Shown: positions 1 to 9,500 of the stretch, one piece after another
Numbering within the stretch: the stretch's first letter is position 1
Layout: the number at the start of each line of letters is the position of its first letter
Origin: a virus
Reading direction: 5' to 3' (one strand)
IMG/VR virus record: IMGVR_UViG_3300027896_000017
Span: 52,768-116,767 of that record
DNA length: 64,000 nt
The notes under the pieces: generated by a model
Told to the model about the DNA's origin: nothing
The model's database searches: none
What the model saw: only the letters and a program-made list of their open reading frames with translations
Program-made: the position numbers and the translations under genes

Positions 1-998
1 TGATTTGTAGTTCCTATAGTACCATTAGAGGAATTATAACCACTATACCATTTCCATATATTACCTTCATATGGATAATATCTTCCATTAGGTTGTTCCG
101 CGCATTTATATAAAGACAATTTTAAAAACTCTACAGCATACTCGTCTAAATCGGTTCCGCCAAAAATTGGCAAAAGGGCTGAACTATAATTTAAACCGGA
201 TTTATTAATAAATGTAGCCCAAGGGGTACCCGTACTGGAGGCACTAATAACATCATTAATATTATCGCCTGACGCGACCTTAATTAATAAATAATCATCA
301 CCCCATATAATTTCAGACTCATCAGCGCTGATAACCTGAACATTATAATGCGAAATATCTTTATAATCAGGTTGATCTGGAGTGTATAGCCCCTCTATCG
401 ACATTACGCCAATTAAATCGTCTGAAATTTCACCATTACTAAATGATTTATCTATTTCAGCATAATGTTTTCTATCATTGGGCTCTTTAGATGATAATAA
501 ATTTAATATTTTAAAATATTGGTCTTTAATATCTGATCTATTGGCCTTAACAACAATATAATTATTTAAACCAATTTCCCTTATTTTATAATAATCTGAA
601 GAAGAGATTTCTATTAAATCTTGATAAATAGGTTTTAAATTTGAATCGTATTGAGGTTCTATAGATACTTCACGAATAGCCCTGATAGTATAATTATCAT
701 TTTTATTTGTAGGATCAAGATTTAAGGGCTTAGAAGTTAACGGCCCTAAAATTATTTCATAATAATCTTCAATTGGATATATTTCAGATTGTTCAGGTGC
801 GGAACTATTATATAATCGTGTTGATTTGGTAATTAAATTGTTAGTGGCTAATCTCAACCCTTGCCAATAATTCTCAAATAATTCCCTATCATCATCAGAT
901 AAATAGTCCCAGAAAGTGGTTAAATAATCCCACAAATTTAAATTAAATTTATCCTCTTGAACTAAAGGATAATATTGCGTATTATCGTTCTGGCTCAT
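1..998 (-). CDS. Virion/baseplate-region protein, truncated by window start
   Basis: ATG at 998 overlaps the upstream TGA (ATGA coupling); begins MSQNDNTQYYPLVQEDKFNLNLWDYL; absent from the ORF track, consistent with running off the edge. Confidence 0.65.
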   Translation of the reverse strand, partial: MSQNDNTQYYPLVQEDKFNLNLWDYLTTFWDYLSDDDRELFENYWQGLRLATNNLITKSTRLYNSSAPEQSEIYPIEDYYEIILGPLTSKPLNLDPTNKNDNYTIRAIREVSIEPQYDSNLKPIYQDLIEISSSDYYKIREIGLNNYIVVKANRSDIKDQYFKILNLLSSKEPNDRKHYAEIDKSFSNGEISDDLIGVMSIEGLYTPDQPDYKDISHYNVQVISADESEIIWGDDYLLIKVASGDNINDVISASSTGTPWATFINKSGLNYSSALLPIFGGTDLDEYAVEFLKLSLYKCAEQPNGRYYPYEGNIWKWYSGYNSSNGTIGTTN

Positions 999-3976
999 AA
1001 TGTAGTTGCCGATAATGATGTGATTCTAAAAAATTCTATCGAATTCGCCTCTAATTGGTCGGTAAATGTTCCAGTTATAAGATTGCCTAAATTATCATAT
1101 CTGATGTAAGACACAGTTATAGGTTCTTGAATATTATTAACTATATTTTGATTATATAAATAACTAACAAGATCTTTAACAACAAATACACCATCTATAT
1201 TGTCATCAAAATATTTTTTTATAGCATCAGTAACCTGATTGTCGCTTGATTTTCCAGTATAATAAATGGCAAATGAAAGACTGATTGGCGATTTATGTTT
1301 AACAAGGATATCTCCATATACTCTGCCAAAAATAGGACCTTCAAAAAAATCCTGCATAGCAGATATGGATGGATAGGTGGTATATTCAACGGTAATAGAG
1401 TCAGAATCAATATTATTTAAATATATTTTAACGATCTCTTTTGACGATCTTACTAATAATAAATCTGAACGCATTACCGTATAATCTGAATTTGATAAAA
1501 TTTTAGTTTCATTAAGAGTGGCCCCTATAGTAACGGATAAAATATCAATAATAGGCATATTACAACCAAGCGCCCTGCTCATTTCAAAATAATTATCATT
1601 AATTTGTTTAGTTAAAGTGATTGAGGATGAAATTAAATTTTCATAATTACTTAATGTAGCCACGTAAATATCCGATTTGTTATTGGCATGATACGATCCT
1701 GAAGAACCACTTTCAGCTTTTATATAATCAATATGAAGAACCGAATGTATGTCATCTTCAGTTTCATTTGAATATCTACTTTTTAATTTGGTAGTTCCGG
1801 TTGTTATAAATAAAATAAAAATATTAGTTCCAAATCTATTTAAAACTTTATAACGATCTATGCCGTCTAAATCCTGTGTAAATAATGATTCTAAACTATT
1901 TTTAGAGCCATCTGGGTTAGATAATCCAGATATTGCAGTCCAGGCTCCACTGGTTAATTCAGTGGATCCGGTAGCAACGCTTTGCCCCTCTTTATCCCAT
2001 ATATAAGCCTGAAAGCCATCTGTTAAGGTGTTATTTATGGCGCTGGAGCCATTAGCACGAGCGTATAAAGTAATAGGGCCATCAAGATGTTCTACATTCA
2101 AAGCAAACATTGCTGTGGCTTTCTTTTCTGAAATATCAAAAGCTTTTAAATTTGTTATTTGCCATTGATCGGCAGTAGATAGACTTTTGGTATCTAATGA
2201 TATTTTCATCATAGTTCCATAACGAGTAGAAGATATATTTCTTAATTCGGTGCCATAAACACTTAACAGCGCACTCTGTGTTTGAATTCTTAATACATTT
2301 TCTGATGGCGTAGTGTCTGGACTTGATTCCGCTGTTTTATGCAAATAAAGGGTCATTCTTAAATCGTCATAAATAATAAATTCAAATTCATATTCTGATA
2401 AAGGTTCTATGCGCCACAAGGTTTCAAATAAAGCGTTAATATCGCCTATGGTGTGCTGTTGTTCTTCATCCTCATCCACAAGATATACTTGAGCAGTTCC
2501 ATATTTTTCAGCATGAGCGAAATAAATAGAAGCATTATTAGGAGGGGGCGTTCCCTCAGAAATCTCATTTTGAGGAACAAATTTATTATTTATTCTAATT
2601 CCAAAACCAATTCCAGTATAACCGTCTACTGTATTATCATTAGTTCCACCTATCATTATCTGAAGATTGCTATTAGCTGTAAGGGCTGAATCGTCAGCGA
2701 CATCGGGCCATGTAAAAGTTCCGGACAATTTAACACCAATACGTTTATTGATATCTTTACCAACAGACAAAGAATTCAGCGCTCCACCGCAAATATTAAT
2801 AGTATTATTGGTAAAATTTAAAACTTTAATATCTTCTGCGCCATCGGCTAACGGCCCAAGATTACTAGGAGTAAATCCATTAGCGCCATAAATCCATTCT
2901 GGAGACGGAACAATTACAGGAGTATACCCAACATTTTCATCAATAATATTAAATAGGTCTTTTGTTGCAACTTCCATATATGTTTTATAATCATCAAAAA
3001 ATATCCCTTTATACATATCGTCGGTGCATTCCTGATTTAATGCATAACCATGAAATGCCGGTTCTTGAGAATTAATATCACTAGGTTCTATGGTAAGAGG
3101 ATAATCATAATCTGTGGGGATAGAAAGAGGACCCCATTGACCAGCGTTAACATTCCCAGCTTCAAATGGATATATCTGATAAAAACCTATACTTTTAATA
3201 AGATTTTCACCTTGAACTTTTCCAAGAAACGTTACTTGCTGCGGAGGGGCTGATAAATCTATAGCTTCAACTAAATCGCGATTCATATATCTGTCGCCGG
3301 CTGAAGCTATGTATTGGGATCGTATAATAGGAAAAAATTCAGGCAATCTGGCATATATACTACGCTTATTCATTAAGCTTCTGTCATTAATAGCATATGT
3401 TAATCTTTTAAAATATTGTTCATTATTTTCATATTTAGAACCATTTTTAATAGCCTCAGGATTAGATACCATTTTATAAGTAAAATCAATATTTGTTATT
3501 TGGGATATTCCGCCAACATCAATATTGTAAGAACCCCCTCTTACTGTAGCTATAATTGGAACGTCAATATAATAAATAGCAAATCGATCTGTAGAACGTA
3601 AAAATGATCCACTATTGATATATCCAGGTTGAATGGCTTGATATTGTAATCCATCAGAACTTATAAACCTGGTGTCGGCAGTTATTTCAATATTAACCTT
3701 TTGATCAAACCATATTCTTGCATAGCCAAAGGCATAATCTCCATATACTCTAGGTTCAAAAAATTTATTACCAAAAAAATCCAATTCCTGTTCAGACATA
3801 TTTTGCCAATTAGTTACATCATTTATTCTATGCTCGCTGGCTAAAGAATTATAGAAATCGCCCAAAATTATACCTGAAGGCTTTACAGCCAATTCATCAA
3901 TTACAGTTCCTTTTTGGCCGGAAGACTCTGAAACCTCGGACCATTTTTTTCTAATAAAAGCTGTAAAATTAAACAT
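995..3976 (-). CDS. Baseplate J-like / wedge protein (993 aa)
   Basis: N-terminal GTVIDELAVKP, GGSYNI and NPEAIKNGSKYENNEQY resemble baseplate J-family proteins; large central insertion. Confidence 0.65.
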   Translation of the reverse strand: MFNFTAFIRKKWSEVSESSGQKGTVIDELAVKPSGIILGDFYNSLASEHRINDVTNWQNMSEQELDFFGNKFFEPRVYGDYAFGYARIWFDQKVNIEITADTRFISSDGLQYQAIQPGYINSGSFLRSTDRFAIYYIDVPIIATVRGGSYNIDVGGISQITNIDFTYKMVSNPEAIKNGSKYENNEQYFKRLTYAINDRSLMNKRSIYARLPEFFPIIRSQYIASAGDRYMNRDLVEAIDLSAPPQQVTFLGKVQGENLIKSIGFYQIYPFEAGNVNAGQWGPLSIPTDYDYPLTIEPSDINSQEPAFHGYALNQECTDDMYKGIFFDDYKTYMEVATKDLFNIIDENVGYTPVIVPSPEWIYGANGFTPSNLGPLADGAEDIKVLNFTNNTINICGGALNSLSVGKDINKRIGVKLSGTFTWPDVADDSALTANSNLQIMIGGTNDNTVDGYTGIGFGIRINNKFVPQNEISEGTPPPNNASIYFAHAEKYGTAQVYLVDEDEEQQHTIGDINALFETLWRIEPLSEYEFEFIIYDDLRMTLYLHKTAESSPDTTPSENVLRIQTQSALLSVYGTELRNISSTRYGTMMKISLDTKSLSTADQWQITNLKAFDISEKKATAMFALNVEHLDGPITLYARANGSSAINNTLTDGFQAYIWDKEGQSVATGSTELTSGAWTAISGLSNPDGSKNSLESLFTQDLDGIDRYKVLNRFGTNIFILFITTGTTKLKSRYSNETEDDIHSVLHIDYIKAESGSSGSYHANNKSDIYVATLSNYENLISSSITLTKQINDNYFEMSRALGCNMPIIDILSVTIGATLNETKILSNSDYTVMRSDLLLVRSSKEIVKIYLNNIDSDSITVEYTTYPSISAMQDFFEGPIFGRVYGDILVKHKSPISLSFAIYYTGKSSDNQVTDAIKKYFDDNIDGVFVVKDLVSYLYNQNIVNNIQEPITVSYIRYDNLGNLITGTFTDQLEANSIEFFRITSLSATTL

Positions 3977-4054
3977 AGTATTCCTTGGGGGTTAAAGAGG
4001 CCCTATTATTGAATATATATATAATATACCTTTAAACCATCTTTTCTTCAATAT

Positions 4055-4088
4055 GTTATTTTAAAAGTAATTAGGAAATAACTATAAT
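4055..4088 (+). promoter_or_regulatory. Phage promoter motif GTTAT-N18-ATAAC-TATAAT, copy 1
   Basis: gttattttaaaagtaattaggaaataactataat upstream of ORF 4140; same spacing in five copies. Confidence 0.7.
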
Positions 4089-4139
4089 AGTGAGATTTAA
4101 TTTAGACTGATCATCTTTAACTAAACAAAGGAGTTTAAT

Positions 4140-4889
4140 ATGGGAAAGCTGCATGAACACATTGCGGTGGAAAATGACATCAAAGGAACGCTATCGAAAA
4201 TTATAGCAGAAGCCGCGACTACGTTCACCAAAAAAGACACGCATTTTGATGAGTCTTCAAGGCTTTATACTCCGTTTGTAGATGGAGATAAAGATATTCC
4301 AGAAACTGAAGTAACGCATATGGTTACTACAGTAAAAGACAAGCTTGACTATGTATTTCCATATCTGGCCAAAAACCTAGATCATACATATCAGAAGGAA
4401 TTGGCCAATACGGTAGCAAAAGCTGATGTGGTTCTGGAGAACGGGACGGTTTTGGCAGAAAAAGTGCCGGTGCTTGTTCTGGTTCAGCTGGAGAATACAT
4501 TAGAAGGCTTCAGAAAAAATGTTCTGGAAATCATTCCCACATTGGATCCCAAGATTGATTGGGAACCTGATACGTCAGCTAAAAATGTGTGGAAGACCCG
4601 CAATGCCATCAAAACAGTCAGAACGAAGAAAATAAATAAGCCAGTAATCGTAGTGCCGGCTTCAGACAAGTTTCAGGCACAAGGGCAATTGGTGCCTGAA
4701 GACATCCCTGTGGGCGAATTTGTCAAAACAGCTCGCACAGGAAGGTTCTCACCTCTTCAGAAAAGTGATATTCTTGCTAAAATGGACGTAATCATAGCTG
4801 CTGTAAAAAAGGCTCGCGCAAGGGCCAATGATACGCCTATTGAGAACGTAACAATTGGCAAGAAGATTGTGGATTTTATTCTTGGTTGA
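4140..4889 (+). CDS. Conserved phage protein, DUF7873-like (249 aa)
   Basis: AAGGAG RBS; N-terminus KLHEHIAVE and C-terminus AVKKARARAN recalled from this family. Confidence 0.6.
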   Translation: MGKLHEHIAVENDIKGTLSKIIAEAATTFTKKDTHFDESSRLYTPFVDGDKDIPETEVTHMVTTVKDKLDYVFPYLAKNLDHTYQKELANTVAKADVVLENGTVLAEKVPVLVLVQLENTLEGFRKNVLEIIPTLDPKIDWEPDTSAKNVWKTRNAIKTVRTKKINKPVIVVPASDKFQAQGQLVPEDIPVGEFVKTARTGRFSPLQKSDILAKMDVIIAAVKKARARANDTPIENVTIGKKIVDFILG

Positions 4890-4896
4890 ATATTAA

Positions 4897-4992
4897 TTTA
4901 TATATTGCTAGTGTAGGATAGTCGGGAGGCTTTGAAGTGGGGGCGCTAGTTTCCATGGAGCCAAAAGTGGAATACCGATCTGCAATATATAA
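4897..4992 (+). ncRNA. Structured element closed by a 12-bp stem
   Basis: tttatatattgc pairs with gcaatatataaa; G-rich interior with gtcgg/ccgat and ggcttt/ggagcc pairings. Confidence 0.4.
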
Positions 4993-5004
4993 AATAATAT
5001 AATT

Positions 5005-5325
5005 GTATAAAGATTGACAATGCGAACTTATAACTTCGCATTGTTATTATAGACACAATAGTCATATTTATATTCAGATTAATGAATAAAACTCAGGCTA
5101 TTATGTGTCCCATGCTAAAAACAAAAATGGTCGATTTTGGTCTACAAAATCGTTATCCAAGCCCAATCACCGGTTCAAATCCGGTCTGGCTCTCTAAGAA
5201 CATCTATATGATGTTTTTAAAGAGCCGGTAGCTTAGAGGTCAAAGCGGGGTGATAACAGTAAAATACGATTTGTTGTAACCATTATCTTCTATGTAGCTC
5301 ATCCTATAAAGATGATAACTATATA
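5005..5325 (+). ncRNA. Structured RNA with a circularly permuted tRNA-like domain (YrlA/Y RNA-like); core 5152-5257
   Basis: T arm accgg-TTCAAAT-ccggt (5169-5185), acceptor 3' strand ctggctc (5186-5192), capping hairpin, acceptor 5' strand gagccgg (5222-5228), TA, D arm gctt-agaggtca-aagc (5231-5246); outer ends approximate. Confidence 0.75.
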
Positions 5326-5333
5326 ACTGACCG

Positions 5334-5369
5334 CCTGGGGGGAAGGGTATTCCCCCTGGGTATTTTTTT
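5334..5369 (+). terminator. Intrinsic terminator
   Basis: gggggaa/ttccccc stem followed by a T run. Confidence 0.7.
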
Positions 5370-5386
5370 ACCTTTTTTTATAAAAC

Positions 5387-5420
5387 GTTATTTTAAGGTA
5401 TTTTATGGTATAACTATATT
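5387..5420 (+). promoter_or_regulatory. Phage promoter motif, copy 2
   Basis: gttattttaaggtattttatggtataactatatt. Confidence 0.65.
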
Positions 5421-5471
5421 GGAGAGGGTATATCCGTACCTGATCCATAAACCTTTTTCCAGGGAGTGTAT

Positions 5472-5654
5472 ATGAATCCGGTTACAGCGCCCGCAGGAGC
5501 ATTTGGTAAGGAAGTTATCAATAGCGTCATTTTTGGCGCTATCGCAGGAATTCTGATGGGGGTCACAGGGAGTGTCGTGACCAAAGCTTTGCAGCCCAGG
5601 GTTGACAAAGCAAATCAGGCCACCGGCAAGCCCGCCGGTGATACCAAGAATTAA
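5472..5654 (+). CDS. Small single-pass membrane protein (~60 aa)
   Basis: AGGGAG RBS before ATG 5472; hydrophobic VIFGAIAGILMGVTGSVV; own promoter and terminator. Confidence 0.6.
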   Translation: MNPVTAPAGAFGKEVINSVIFGAIAGILMGVTGSVVTKALQPRVDKANQATGKPAGDTKN

Positions 5655-5670
5655 TTGGGTGCTGTTAATG

Positions 5671-5703
5671 AAAAGCACCAGAAGAAATTCTGGTGCTTTT
5701 TTT
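5671..5703. terminator. Bidirectional intrinsic terminator
   Basis: aaaagcaccagaa-gaaa-ttctggtgctttt between convergent genes. Confidence 0.8.
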
Positions 5704-5725
5704 ACTTAATCTTTTTTTTTACTTA

Positions 5726-6508
5726 TTACGATCTTATACTTCCTTCACCATGCACATCAACCTGTTGTCCTTTTGCAGGGGTATCATTTGGGGATTTATT
5801 ATTATTCTGATTTTCTTCATTGTCAGGCGTGACTGCTTGCCCTTCATCACCACCCTCCACTTTCTGAAGCATGGTATAATAATCTGCCTTTTCAGCCAAA
5901 TGATCTAATGCTATCTTTTTTCGAGTGGCAGGATCTTCACTATGTTCAGCTTCAACCTCAATACCCATTTCCAGCTGTTGAGGATCAACAGTATTGGGAT
6001 CTAATCCCTGAGATTTTCCACCTCTTAAAAATTGAATATACTTACCAGCTAAAATATAAGCAGCGGCTTCGGCTTGAGGAATATCATATCCTTTAGATTC
6101 CGCGAATTCATGAAACATTTCATCTGTTGGAGTAGGGTTCTGTTGAAAAAAATCAAATATCATTTTGGGGTCAATAGCACTTGTTCCTGTAGACGCCGCT
6201 TCTTCAGCAGGCTCATTTCCTGTAATCTCTTTTTCACCATTATTCTGAGGTTTATTTTCTCCAAAGTTTCCTTTATTATTTTGTTCCTTATTTTGTTCTT
6301 TACCTTCTGTATTATCTGGTTTCTTATTTTTATCTTTGCTTTCATTATCTTGTTTGACTGGTTTGTTTCCCATTCCTTTAGGAGGGAATGGCTTCTTATC
6401 TGATCCTTTTTTAGCAGTATTAGATTTATTTGTTTCAGACTTAGACTGTTTTGATTCATCCGCAGGTATCTCCGCAGCTAATTTGGTTAAAAGATCTGAA
6501 TTTTCCAT
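5726..6508 (-). CDS. DUF5661-like domain protein with low-complexity N-terminus (~260 aa)
   Basis: QLEMGIEVEAEH...KIALDHLAE..DYYTML motif; start moved to MENSDLL (GAGGTG RBS), removing the overlap with the RNAP gene. Confidence 0.65.
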   Translation of the reverse strand: MENSDLLTKLAAEIPADESKQSKSETNKSNTAKKGSDKKPFPPKGMGNKPVKQDNESKDKNKKPDNTEGKEQNKEQNNKGNFGENKPQNNGEKEITGNEPAEEAASTGTSAIDPKMIFDFFQQNPTPTDEMFHEFAESKGYDIPQAEAAAYILAGKYIQFLRGGKSQGLDPNTVDPQQLEMGIEVEAEHSEDPATRKKIALDHLAEKADYYTMLQKVEGGDEGQAVTPDNEENQNNNKSPNDTPAKGQQVDVHGEGSIRS

Positions 6509-6552
6509 AAGCACCTCTTTTGTGTTAAGTTTATATATTTTAACATACTTTA

Positions 6553-9500
6553 CTACCACGTATAATTCCCCGTAACGTACTCGGGGATAGGGTGATTTAA
6601 CGGATTGCTGATTGATTTCCAACTCTGTGTGGTTCCTTCTTCAAGAACTTTTGCAATTCTATTGTGGGCCAATCTGGCTATCCAGTCCTCAGATGATTGG
6701 GCTTTTGCCTGAATTCCAGTAGGAGTTAAAAATGGCTCATGTTTAATTCTGTCTTTAAAAACTTTGATTCTTTTGAATCCCCTTTCATCAAGTTTATTAA
6801 TAACACTTTCATCTATTTTAGTATTCGCTTTAAATGGCCCATAATTTTGAGCCAGATGATCCCCTTCAGTATCATAAATACTTTCTTCTTTTAAATTATT
6901 ATTATTGTAATGTTCAACAGTCGTTAAAGGCGCGACGTCACCTTTTAAATAATTAGGATGACTGCCTGGTTCAAGTATTCTTGTGGTATTAGTTAATCCT
7001 CTGACTACAGTTTCAATATCGCGTTTATCCAATTTACCTTCCATCAATTCATTTATATGATTAACAAGAAATTTTTGAGTTTCAGGCATACCTTTATATT
7101 TTAAAATATCATGAGCCGACGGAGTGCCAGTGCTTAACAGATCGCCGGATTTGACTAAAACACCAGGTTTAACTAATGGTTGATTGTTGGCATCAATATA
7201 TCGTATTTCTTGTTTTTCTCCATTATCCAAATGAACATCCCATCCGCCAATGGGAGATTTTTTAATATCTTTTACAACACCATCGATACTCGCCAATGTG
7301 GCTTTGTCAGGATTATTTTTAGTAAATCGTAACGTATCAAATAATTGATCAAATACTGTAGATCCTGGTTTTTTCTGAATTTGTAATGCGCCTCCGGTAT
7401 GGAATGCTTTCATCGCCATGTTTAATGAAGGCTCAGTGATCGTGTGGGCTGAGATGATTCCAATATTATCTCCAATATTAGGTTTTTTTCCATCATAATT
7501 TACACCATATGAAAACGAAGAAAAGCCGTCTCCAGGAGTTGGGTCCGTTATTGGAGACTGAACATAAACTTTTTTAATTCCATGTTGGCTTAATTTATTC
7601 GCCACATCAGATGTTACAATATCATTTCGTTTTGCTATAATTTTTCCATTATCAGCTTTTGCGTCTTGCGCAAGGAACCTGTTTAATATGCCTTTATTGT
7701 CATTAATATCATATTCAAAACCTTTATTATCAACCGGCTCATCGTGAGTTATTCTGGTTTCATAAATTGAATTAATCAAATCTTTTGTAAGCCATCCAGG
7801 CTTTGAAGAAGAAATTGATTTTTTAATATTACCACCACGGGCCCCATGTGCAGCAGACCAATATCCAAAAGTATCCAATCCTTCAGAATAAGATTTAGTA
7901 ATAGGCAGAGGTATAGGTCTATCTTCCGCATCAGTAACTATTCCAGGCATTAAAGCAATAGCGCTTATATTATCAATACCTTTAGTTCCTCCTGATTTCA
8001 AGCCAACGCCTATCATGGTATTTTCGCCATATTTATTTTCAAGTTCTTTTCTACCCTTCATTGTCATGGAACTGAACGCTTTAACTATAGACATGGGGTC
8101 TTTTTTATCTGAATTTTTTTCCGCCTCTCTTACAAGAGAATCTCTTAAATCTCTATCAACAACCGTATCTGAAACACCAAGGGTGAAGCCAAAAATAGTA
8201 GAATAGTTATTTCCAACATCTTTAATTTTATCGGCTAATCCTAAAGCAATTTTTCCATTGTGTTTTTTGGTGACATCTCTAATCCACGATTCTACATTTT
8301 TACCATTCAATTCGATATCGTATTTTTTTAAATCATCAGGAACCACACTGTTAATTTCATGCATACCAAAGGGAGCTTTTTTATCTCCAACCGTTACGGA
8401 GTCGGCATAGGTAAATTTATTCTGTTTAAAAGCATTACGAGCCTGTTCCAGCGTATCAAATTTTAGACCAGTATCCTGTCCACCTTTACCCTTGGAGACA
8501 AGCCAGCTGCCTACAATCATGTCCATTTGAGGTACATTAAGAACTGAATCGTATCCAGTTTTAAGCATAGAGGCTGAGGGTTTCATTTTTTCAGCTTCGG
8601 CAATGGCTTTGGGGGAAATGGGGACGTGTAACTGAAAGGTATCAAAAACAGGAATTCCATTTGAACACATAAACGTCATTGGCCCCGGAACGGTAATGTC
8701 ATATAAACATTGTTTTTTATCAATAAAATTAACTTTATCGGCGGTAAGCCATGTTATAGTATTATTATTAACAATTTCAATCCATTCACTTGGCAAACAA
8801 TTATTAGACATAGAAATTATTTTTTTAGACATTAATCTCCCAAGCAAACCTTTTCGACAAGCCTTTCTCATTGAATCTCGCATTATTGGATCTTTAATAA
8901 ATTTTTCGCATTTATCATACAAATCTTTATTCCAAGGCACCCTATCTACCATATTAATTGTTCTATTGGTAGCCATTGATGAAGATAAAAATTTTCTATA
9001 TATTAAAGATTTTTCTTTATTCTTAAATATTAATTCTTTGCCCCTTATATCAATAGAAGACATGCCAATATTATAATATGAATTATTATTTTTACTATAA
9101 TAACTTATTAAACATGATATATTTAAACTTTTACACATAGTTAAAATTTCGTCGGCAAGACGCAAAGATGTTGTTGCATATCTAAATTTAAAAGATCCAT
9201 TACTATTAGAAAAGCCTATACTTCCGTCGGTATCAAGCATTCCAGATAACAAACCAAGTTTAAATTCTTTAGGGGAAGACATATAACATGGCGGCAAGTG
9301 TTTGTTATAACAATTATGCCCAATTATATTTCTTAAATTTTCTGCCAAAGAAATATTTGATAATGATATATTTTTTCCAATATATTCATTTTTACTATTA
9401 CAAATTTTCTTTTTATATTCATTAGACCAAAATGTTGGTTCTGTTTTTAACAATTTTATAATATTAGATTTAAAAGAATTTTCAATATCTTGATGAATGG

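Noticed and set aside
5152-5257. Canonical tRNA gene or two-piece tmRNA
   Set aside because: Arm order is permuted, with no anticodon loop or CCA; it has a full D stem and no G3-U70 alanine identity pair
5403-5678. Minus-strand 91-aa and 64-aa ORFs
   Set aside because: Shadows of the plus-strand gene, which has an RBS, promoter motif and terminator
6509-6622. N-terminal extension of the 298-aa ORF
   Set aside because: Overlaps the RNAP stop; a better RBS and ATG lie at 6508
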